Assembly (NCBI GenBank): GCA_028023455.1
Contig: JAQFVV010000005.1
Coordinates: forward strand, 19,406,001 to 19,470,000
Source: Epiperipatus broadwayi
Taxonomy: Eukaryota > Animalia > Onychophora
Direction: 5' to 3'
Length of the DNA: 64,000 bases
Under the pieces are notes generated by a model. The model saw only the letters and a program-made list of their open reading frames with translations, made no database searches and had not been told where the DNA came from. The position numbers and the translations under genes are program-made. The first letter of the stretch is position 1. Each line of letters opens with the position of its first letter. This document shows positions 53,576 through 64,000 of the stretch, in pieces.

Positions 53576-55002
53576 GGTTGTTTTACAGTAGCGTGTTGAA
53601 ACCGCCGGAGGGTGGGCTCGGTTTGTAAACAAAGATAAATATAATGTTGCTGGGGCTGGGTTTCTTTTCTTTTTTTTGTTGGCTTTGGTTTGTTTATCAC
53701 ATTTATAAAAGTAATATCAAATCAATTTTTTTTTTAAACATGACCAAAAAAAAAAAACCAAATGCATAAAAAAAATTAAATTACAAAAAAAGTACTTAAT
53801 TTTTTTTGGTTTTGATTCTTTTCATTATTTATATTTTCAAAGGGGACGGGTTTTTTTTTTCCCCGTCTACGTATTTTTTTTGTTGTTGTTGTTTATCACA
53901 TTTAAAATAAATGTACGGCGGCTATCAAATCTATTTTGGCTACCCCAAACAAAAAAACCAAAAAAAACACTATCGATTAAAAATGATTTTTAAAAAGTAG
54001 TTAACCGATTTTTTGTTTGTTTTTATTCTTTTCATTAAACCCTTTCTATTTTCGGTTCGGTATTGTATGACAAACAAAAAATCAGCCGATTCAACTACTA
54101 CTTCTTTTTTTTCGGTTTGTTTTGTTTTATTTTGATAAACTATAAATAAATCTATTGTCCGTTTAACGGTAACATTTACAAGCCAAAGTCCAACTTTGGG
54201 AGAGAGGGGGAAAGGGTGTTTGCAATTGCTAACAGAACGGAACGCCAACAACTTGAAGATTGACCAAGTTTTGACGGTAATTCCCCCCAAAAAACATAAA
54301 TCTATACGGCAATTAAAAGCTACTTTATGGGCTCTTCAGGCAAAAAAAAAAACAAAAAACAGCAGGCATGAAGCTTCAAGCTGTTTTGTTTAATAAGCCG
54401 GTTCCAGCAGTCAGAGAAGAATCCTTGTTCTTTGTTTGATATTCGGAAACAAGATGTCCTATTTCAGCTATTCGATTAATCAGCTCGCAGTTGTTGTCGC
54501 ACGAAACGTGACTTAGAGCATGATTTGATGGGAATCGTGCTTTTAATTATACTTGGCCCATTTTTTCAGCAGGAAATAGGGGCTAGGGAAGCATGAGACT
54601 CTGCTGATAATTCTTAGTAGACCTTCCTAAAACATGAGAGATAGAGGTGGTCTTAATGAATATTAAAATAGTTTCAACAATCGTAATTCCAGCAACCCTC
54701 AGACAATACTGTAAACAAAAGTGAAATGTGATCGCACATCCGAAATGCTTAGCCCGAATCTGAGCTGTAAGCTGACACGATAGCTTCTGCGGCAGATTGG
54801 CTAAATGTCACGTTTCTGTGCATTAGCATAAAAATAAACACAGCAGCCGGTACCCTCCCCCACATCAACGGACTATTTCTAGGCTTATGCGTTAGAAATA
54901 GAACGTTCGATAGCGGCGGAGGCCACCTAAACGGCATATTTCTGTGCGCTAGCATAGAAATAACTCCCTCCGGCAGTTTCAACACGCTATTGTAAAAAAC
55001 CC
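53576..55002. mobile_element. Non-autonomous TIR element with an 8-bp TSD (Merlin-like or other GG-ended superfamily)
   Basis: The left end GGTTGTTTTACAGTAGCGTGTTGAAACCGCCGGAGGG is the inverted repeat of the right end CCCTCCGGCAGTTTCAACACGCTATTGTAAAAAACCC. A perfect direct repeat, GATTATTA, flanks it at 53568-53575 and 55003-55010. Confidence 0.85.
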
Positions 55003-58000
55003 GATTATTAATAAAATTGTTCTATTCAACCATAATAATGCTAGATTTTATGCAATATTGAAAATTATTCAAAATCAAAGTCATATTTTTCATGATCTAC
55101 TGACCAACATAACCCTAATAAGAGGTTTTTACAGAGTTGCTTCAAAACCATTAATATTTGAATCAATACTGTAACAGTCAGTTATTTAATCCTTTTGATC
55201 ATGGAGGGCACTACAAGATCACTGCGTACCTGGAAAATTTGTTTACCGTGATCAAAGGTTAAACCCAGGGAGATAGTAACAGATCTTAACTATTGTTCAG
55301 ACAATTGAGAAAATAAAACAGGAGAAAAACATCAGCTAAACTAATTTTAAATAATCTAAATATTTATTAAATTTAAGCAAAATAAATCCAGGTAAACAAA
55401 ATATAAAAGTTTGACCTAGATTTTACTGGAATATATCAGAGAGTGTAAGAGTTTTGAAAACATTAAACTTCTTGGCAGAAAAGTTCGTTTACTTACTTAC
55501 AATTTAAAAGAGAAAGATTTATAATATTTTCCTGCTGGCAATTTACATATATATATAAAAACAATTCTCATTTCCAAATTCAGAGATATCCAAAAAGGAT
55601 AGAAATAGTCTTGTAGGAAATTAATGAAACAGCGTGAGACGAGCATTTTCTAGTACATTGAAACTAGGAATGTCATTTGTCCCAGGATAGCTCATGATGT
55701 ACCACTTTTAAGGCAATTCGCGGTTAATTTCACATACAAGACAAGAACACAGGAGTAATGATTACGATCTTACGTAATCTAGAAATGAAACAAAATCTCC
55801 AACTTCAGAAAACTAAAACACTAAACCTGATAAATCACCAAGCAAAAGATTTGTGGTGTGCAGGAAACACAAACTAAACTTATCTAAAATCAATTTCAGG
55901 TCAATAAAAGAGGGAAAGGTAAGCAAAATGAAATTACGACGGTCTGCCAAAGCATTTAGCAAAGGTTAGTAAAATAAAGGAGACATATTTAGCATATAAA
56001 ATATAAACTCACAATACACTCTCAGATAAATAAATTTAAAACAAATCTGGAATCTTAAAACTAAGATTTCAAGACCTATAAATATAATGATAAGCAAATA
56101 CATATAATAATTATGAGATTAAATAACTATTAAAACTTTATACAACAGATTTATTTTTAGATTAAGCGGAGAATTTAACTAGAGATTTATACCCTGGAAA
56201 GATTAAAAAATATTTTACCTTACAGTAAAGCAGAGTCCACTGAGTTTTTCAATGAGTGCGCACAGTTATTTTTGAGTTCAACATTCAGGTGGCTTTATCT
56301 CTTCATGGTGGCAAGTGTAGAGGCATATTTTGGGATCCTTTCTAATTCAGGCTTTCATGGCATGACTGGAAGGAACAGCTTGGGATCAGGAGTCTGTTTT
56401 TAGGTAAGCTTAACAGGGCATATTATAGATTTGAATACTCATGGCAAGAAATTTAGTCATCTTGTGAAAACAAATGTAGGCAATAATAAGAAATCCACTT
56501 AACGATAGGCAGCAGAATATATATTATTATTAACAGCGGTCCGAGAAAGTGTACCTCAATCATTTGAAAAATACGGCAGGACTGCTAACCTAGTAAGAAC
56601 CTCAGTAGGCTAATATAAATGCATAATAACAAAGAGTAGAAAAAGTAGCTGAATCAATCTCGTTCAAGCAGAATAAGATCGGTCAAGCCAAGAATAAATA
56701 TGTCCAAGATTTTGGGGTCATTTATATGCTCTATCTCCGGCATAATCTTTCTTGTTTATAATTATAAGTCATAGCCCAGGGCAAATCTCTATCTCACGCT
56801 CAATCTTAATTAATAATTCTGACCAGGGTTTATCTTATTAAAAAACAAAACAATACAAAATTAAATCTCCGCTTTTAAAATTAAACTAAAAATGAATTAT
56901 AACTAAAATAAAAGAAACAGGAATGCAATTAAACTTTCCAAAATTAAAAGCTTTCTATAAAAAACAAACAAACAAAGATTAAACCTTTTAACTTGGAATG
57001 TTTTTACAATTTGATTTTAAAAAAATTAAGTGTCAAAAGAAATTTATTTTAAACTAGCAAGTAAAATATAAATTGAAGACAAAATTTAAAATCACAGAAT
57101 TTTAAAATATAGCTGCGTATGTACGTTATATCCTATAAAACTTTTAAATAACTTTATAAAAATAAAACTTAGTATTAATTTTGTGAAGGAACCTTTGAAG
57201 CGGAGAAAGTCTCCGGTTCAATACATATACAGAATAATATACCTAATTAAAATAAATTTATTTTTTTCTATCTTATACAGTAGCTCTTTATCATTCATGC
57301 TTTATTTTTCATTTAAATATAAAAATTAATATTTGACCTTAATAATTGAAGTGTTTAATTTATGTTCATCTTATGTGTTACCTGTGTGGTCTTTTAATCT
57401 TAAAAAGTTGAGAACATAATTTAAACTGATGTAAATAAAAAAGTTTAAGATAACGAGCTTTTATTTTCATTTCAAAAGCAATTCCCTCTTCCCTGTAAAG
57501 TATGCATTATTTTGAAGGATAAATCTATATTTTTAAACACAAAACTCCATTAAAAATAATATTGACTAAATGAAATACACATCATTTGATTCTTTCAGTT
57601 TATTATAATAAATGAGCAATTCTCTTTTCTCTGATGTCATCTGTGATAAACTTGAAGAATCGATAGTTACCAATCAGGACATGAAGTTTAAATTGAGCAA
57701 TCATCTGATAAACACTGATTACTCAAGCTTATTGCAGATGTTGTTAGAGGAGGAGATGCACTTGAAATTGAAATACAATGTTCATTAGAAAAGAAAAAGT
57801 TTAAAATAAAATGATATTCAAAACATTAAAAGTTTATTTCTAATATAGCATTTGGCTAACTTTAAAATAAACAAATACTAGTTATTACTTAGTGGGGAAG
57901 ATATATATATATTGTACCAGTTCGAAATCCCATACACCTTATTCATTTAAAAAAATGATACTATATATCTGTGTACGTCATGAGCATGAAATGACGTGTA

Positions 58001-61000
58001 CATTTTAAAATGGGAGATCGATAATAATCTTCGATAATACCCGGGGTTAAATACAAACGAGTATTACTTTACTAATTATTAGAGGAAAGAAATTTGATTT
58101 CAACTAAAAATCAAAGTCTTCCCTTGTTAAATTATTTATACTTCCACCCCAATATCTATTTGCTGGTAGACATTTTCCCTCACTCTTCACATACCTTTAA
58201 AAGATTGTACTAATTTGACAACCCTTAGTGCCACCCCCAACATAATAAAAGAAAGCAAAATGTTAAATAATTTTCCCTCCCCTATCTGTCGAGAGAATAT
58301 GCAAAGAGGAATTTTATTTTCTGTTCTTGGACATACGTTTATTTGGATGAAGGAAAACTGGGTGAAAAGTATATTATAATTCAACTCCCCGATATAATAT
58401 CCCGATGACTAGCTCAAATATAATTCCCTATCACAGGTACTTTGGGTAAGTATTTCTATAACCTTTTATAGCCGTGGTAAGCAAATATCGCAAATAGGTG
58501 ATTGCATTTTATTATTATTTTTCTTTATTCTACAATAAATTATACGAAAAACAAATAAAATATGAGATAATATTGTTTATTTAACTAAACCCCCCTTGAC
58601 TACATATAGATTTAAACATTATAATATTGAGTCATAAATTAATTATACGGCTTTCTATTTCAATTTTACTATTCTACACATAATCACATAAGAATATTTA
58701 AATCCTTATAAATCATTATATTCAAGATCTACATTTAGAATAAAACGAACAAAGAAACAAACAAAATCCATTTTCTAACTTATACGTAAGTTAACTTATT
58801 TGCCATAAAATACAAATGGTCAAAGATGGATGCCAATAGGTGTGGTCTATACTCCCCTCTCCCTGCACAAAACGAATGTTTCATTTTGTAAATCCCCCAA
58901 AATAATGAAATAAGTTATACACAGATCTGACCCCTTGAACTTTCCCCATTTGCTCATATAAACTTTTAAGATTATATACATCTTTACATTTAGGTATGTA
59001 AAGTTATATTTACATATATATTATTTTTACATATCAAAAAAAAAATGTATAGGCTGGCTATAGGTCACTCCACGTGAGTTGACGCCGCCATGATTAAAAT
59101 TAAATAAGACGTAAAGGTAAAAATGAGGGAAAAGAACAAGAAAATAATAATCCTATATTTAGTGGATTTGAGTGAGATCTATGTATAAGCAATATTATTT
59201 TACAATATTTTATACAACAAAACAAATGATTATATATTATAATGTGTTAGTAAATATTATACAATTATACTTGTTATATCCACTCTAATAATACGAACAA
59301 ATAAACCAACAAAAATTATAAACATTTCCTTTTTTGTTGTACTCATCTCTATCTACTTGCTCTCCAGGTTCAAATTTCTGGGCGGACCAACTAAACTACC
59401 AGAAAGGATGGTGATGTTCACTTTAACTCCTTGCCATCCTTGTAGAGTATTTCAATCAGGTTACACTGTGTCTTTAAAACATATGTCTTGGTGAATACAT
59501 ATCTGAACTGGCGGGCATACTGCTATGGTTCTTCCACTCCATGGTTCTGCGGGTGATTAGATGAAATCTGGTCGTCATTTGTAAGGATGTCTCTTTACTG
59601 GATCCTTTAAGACAGATTATCAATACGGGTGACTTTCACTGTAAGCTTATTCTTCCTAAAACAGATTAAAACCTTCCTTCCTTCTTTTTTGATTGACCAC
59701 TGAACTGCATATGATTAATTTATTTCCCACATCATATGCGTGTTGATGGCTTTGGTTAATATCTGGGAAAACCACCGGGAAAGACATTCAACAGAAGTTT
59801 ATGTTCGTTAATAACCGGCTGGTCCCATAAACAAAAAAAAACTTATAAGCATCAAACTCCTTCTTGAATTAAAAAAAATATACTCTGCAATCCGGCAGCA
59901 TATTGAGCCAAAAGAATAAACGTCTAATAATCTTCCCACACCTCACAGGTAGGTTCTTGTAGCTCTCTCAGTCCAATAAATAATAAATACTTACCACATA
60001 TAGATTCATGTAGTTCTCCCAGTCCAATAAAAATCAATAACTAAAAACTCCTACACCTCACAGGTAGGTTATATATACCCCCGTCTGCCCACAAGTTGTA
60101 ATTGCCTACATCCCCCTTCGAGCTATTACGTCAGATAAATTTTATTTTTAGTACATTTTTTTATAAATTATGTTTCAAAAATCTCTTTTTAGGAATTTCA
60201 TGACTCCATATTGGAGTAATAGACCACCCACATTCTTTAGATAACATACTTGTAATTAATTTTTAAAATTACTCTACCTGATTACAAACAAAAAAAAAAA
60301 GTAAAAATAGAAAGACAAAGATTAATTAAATCCACCTTTTAAACGGAAGATTCTTTTCACACACAAAAAAAATATTTAATAATTAAAAAAAAAAAAAACA
60401 TTTTAAAAATTATCAAAAAAAAATAAATATACAGAAATCTTTATACATATACGTATTAGAATGTTTGCAATAAATATGATACATTTATAGTGTGTGTTCA
60501 TTATTTCAAAATAACTAATATATAAGTGTTAGTTATGTATGCAAGGAGATGGGAATCTAGTATAGACCAAACTCTCATTGTTTATTCACCGAATTCAATA
60601 AAGTTAGCTGTGTCAAACTGTTGGCTACAGCCATCTTGTGCATGGATGTTTTACGGTCTGGCACAATATATATATATATTGCAACCCTTATGCTTGAGTT
60701 TACAGGCATGGCTTTTATATGAATATTTTTCTTTACTATATATTCTAGAATATTAAAAGTCATGTATAAAAAATAAATGTTAGAGTTTTGAAAATGATAA
60801 TAGTAATTGTAAAATGTATTATAATTTTTATTTTAAAATAAAGAATTATTTAAAAAAACAATATTGCTGCATTTTCAAGAAAAGGGTGGGAATTAATTAT
60901 TGTTGTTGCTTCATCATGTCTCTCACTAAAGAAAAGTCAGTAAAAATTATACAATTTTTGGAGTAAATAAACTCCAGAATGTCTTCCCTGACCTTTCCAA

Positions 61001-63485
61001 TGGTGTAGCCGACTATGGAGCTATAAACAAAGAAAATGCCTTAAAATTAACTTTGATCCTGCCGATATGTTCATTACTATCTAATGCTGAAGCTAAAATA
61101 TGTGACTCTTATGCTATAAGAAAAAAACTTGTCATCTAAATTGACTATCACATAGAAATATTCTTCTGTGAATTACTTTGTAAATCTACTTATTTTGATG
61201 CTTTAAATTTCTGGAAAAATCCTTATAGAAAAACTACAATGAAACCCTCATAAGAAAACTACCATGGAATAAATCAAAATAAGTTAAAGTTAATATTGAT
61301 AGCAGACATTTAAAATTAATGATTTTAATGACCATATATCTACATTCATGGAGACAGAAATAGATGTGAGTTCACGAAAATATCAAGATAATTAACTGAA
61401 CTAACTGTAAGCTTTTTCTCGATGAATTATATATCCACAAAGATTTTTCCTCTCAAGCATGCTCTTCATATACTTTTAAATGTAAATATGTGAATACATT
61501 TATTATTTGTCAACTAAAAAATAAAATTGTTTAGACCCTCCATCTTTTAATGGTCAACTGTTAGTTATCTTTATTCTCCTAGATGAAAATCATTTTCATT
61601 TAATTGTTGATTTTATTATTACCAATTATTTAAAAAAGGCGATTACTGTTACAATATATACATATATATTAGATCTATTGATTTTCAAATATTGTTTTTC
61701 TGTATTAATTATTGACAAATCACAATTCTAATATATTTTTTTATCATTTTATTTAAAAAAAAACCCTATGTTCTCCAATTTAGAAAAAACTTTTTTTTTA
61801 ATTAAATGTCTTAAAAACAACTACCTCTGTCCTCATTCTTCTTTCACTCAGATACATTCTTCTTAAAAAAGGGCCTTTTTTAGGCTTGCCTATATTTTTG
61901 ATTTCAACTCTTATAAATGAATCATACATTTTTAAAGATCAATTAAAGTATAAAATTTGTCTAAAACACATAAATGTCATTTATTAATAATTTTTTTATA
62001 ACAGTAATATAAATAATTTTTTAATAATAAATTATGATTAAGTAAGATTTTTTTTAAAAAAGTTATCTTACTTAATCACTATAATTAATAGTAACTCTTG
62101 ATTTTTTAAACATAATTGATGTATTAAAATTATCCTTTGCCTAATTGTAGTATTGCATTGACAAGAAATTGCTGGTATTCTATTGCTTGTTTAAGTGTGA
62201 TAATTGTGGTAGTGTAATTTATATACAAACATGATATACATTTTGCAAATAATAAGTGGGAAATGTTTTGAATTTTAATATCTAAAGTGCTTTAAATGTT
62301 TAGTTATACTATATGTGTACATTCTTTCAACGAACAATTATTAAAATGTTCTATTTTTTAGTAATTCTGTTCCATTGTTTTTATATATCTATTATTTATT
62401 TTTTCCTCTGAAAAACAATGGATTGAGAGTTCATTAAAATGCTTTAAAAACATTTATATTTGCTTTAGTTTTCTAATTCAGGAATCAGCAAGTTGCGGCT
62501 CACGAGCCATATGCAATCCTTTGATCTCAATCTCACAATTCTTTATCACAATAAATATTTTTTATTTTCTCTTGTATTTCATAAATAAATATTTTGATAA
62601 CTTCAGGGTAGAGAAAATGCACATTATAACGTTTGTTGATTTTTAAGAGAATTTTTATTTTCATTAGGATGTATAGATTCTATAATATTCTATTATTTAA
62701 ATAAATGTTCAAATACATCGTATTTATTATGAAATTATTTTTTACTCATTCCTCGTGGCTTATTGGAGGTGGGGTAAATAAAATGGCTCTTCATATTAAA
62801 AAGATCGTGAACCCTATTGTAGACAATAATCATTTAGACTTTTATTAGATCCATTTTTCTTCTGATTTGGTCATAATGGCTAGTGATTTCTCTTTGCTAA
62901 CAAATAAACTAATATATATTTAAATGCGAAAAGTAAGCAAATAAATATGCACTGATCTAAATAAAATCAGTTAATTGAAGTCCTTTATATAATAAACTCA
63001 TAAAAGATAATGATACATTTTTTTATATTGGCAATATAACAAAATCTATAAAAGAAAAAAAAACATAATAAAGTTATAAAAAAAGATTTAATTACATGTT
63101 TTATGGATATAGGACTTAAAACTGAAAGATTATATAAAATCTGTTCATAAAAAATGAAAAAAATGACATGAAAAAATAATATGAATCACTATATATTAAT
63201 ATAAAAAAAATATAATTAAATAAAAGTTCTCTATATTGTATAATAGTATATTTTAAACAAAGAAACTACACAAATACACACATATAGTGTATTTTTCAAA
63301 AAATATTTAACATCCATATTTTCATATTTTCTGTTACATGTATATGCATAAATAATAGATGAAATTATCCATGCAAACAGTGATAACTTATCTCTAATTG
63401 CATGGATATATTCTTTATTAAATTAAAAATCCATGAATACTTATTTCAACGTATGTATATATATAATATTTAAAATGTACATATA

Positions 63486-64000
63486 CACTCGGGTCTCGTT
63501 TTATGCGGATTTATTTGTTGCAATTTTGAAGTTATCCGCTAAAAATTATTAGATCAGAAGTCGAGCTCAGATAATGCGCTATTACTTTAAATATTATAAA
63601 TTTCGCGCACTCACATGTCATATTTAAAGTAATAACGCATTATCGGAGTTCAACATCTCTCTAATAATTTCAATCTTTTCAGCACTTTATAAAAGTACTG
63701 TAATAGATTTTATGCAATAAAGAAGTTCATAATTCATTTAAAATCAGGATTTCCCCATTTTATATACACACATTAAATTTTACAAGATTATAATGTAAAT
63801 CTGTTTAAACGTTATAGATGCTTATACTATGCATGTTGTTGTTTTTGCATTTTAAATCACATTCTATTTTTGCTTTTTAAAAAAAGAGTACATAATTAAT
63901 TAATCATTTAGTGTCCGCAAGTTTATTTTTAAAAGGTGAGTAATAGCGGTGGGCACAATTAAATTTGACAATTAAAATCTGATTTTTAATTATAATTAAC
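63486..64000 (+). mobile_element. Same MITE family, copy 4, more diverged, running off the window
   Basis: TA|CACTCGGGTCTCGTTTTATGCGG..., then blocks shared with copy 1 such as AATTTCGCGCAC and TTTAGTGTCCGCAAGTTTATTTTTAAAAGGTGAGTAATAGC. Confidence 0.85.

Noticed and set aside
59340-59700. Integrase-like (SSNHPQNHG) or env-like coding relic
   Set aside because: A single loose motif with stops in all minus-strand frames; not enough to call.
59930-60075. CRISPR-like repeat/spacer array
   Set aside because: Eukaryotic intron, only two copies of each repeat, irregular spacing and no cas genes.
62035-62078. Short hairpin TGATTAAGTAAGAT...ATCTTACTTAATCA
   Set aside because: A 14-bp AT-rich stem is plausible by chance or as a MITE scar in this composition.
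44000-64000. Expected OSBP PH-domain exons
   Set aside because: No KWTNY, TCRG or RWVTALELAK-type sequence was found by eye; these exons probably lie beyond the window.

Overview
AT-rich animal genomic DNA, probably arthropod (inferred from composition and TE content). The whole window lies inside one minus-strand gene, an oxysterol-binding protein (OSBP) orthologue. Five GT-AG exons splice in frame: 43894-43647, 36436-36259, 32073-31986, 22290-22155 and 3957-3694. They encode the coiled-coil region, an FFAT-like motif, the Ser-rich linker and the start of the ORD (LWSIMKNCIGKELTKIPMP). I could not find the PH-domain exons or the remaining ORD exons, so they are probably outside the window. 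The long introns hold mostly decayed mobile DNA: a Penelope-like element (RT + GIY-YIG) nested in an APE/RT/CCHC LINE, four copies of a TA-flanked Tc1/mariner-type MITE, a Buster-type hAT relic, a Merlin-like transposase relic, a TIR element with an 8-bp TSD, a solo LTR, an RTE 3' fragment and several foldbacks. The most notable signals are a Penelope-type minimal hammerhead ribozyme whose core 3-8 pair reads A-U instead of C-G, two nearly perfect exon-adjacent intronic hairpins, and inverted MITE copies bracketing exons. I see no clear evidence of a wholly new system. All assignments come from reading and translating by eye, with no database searches.
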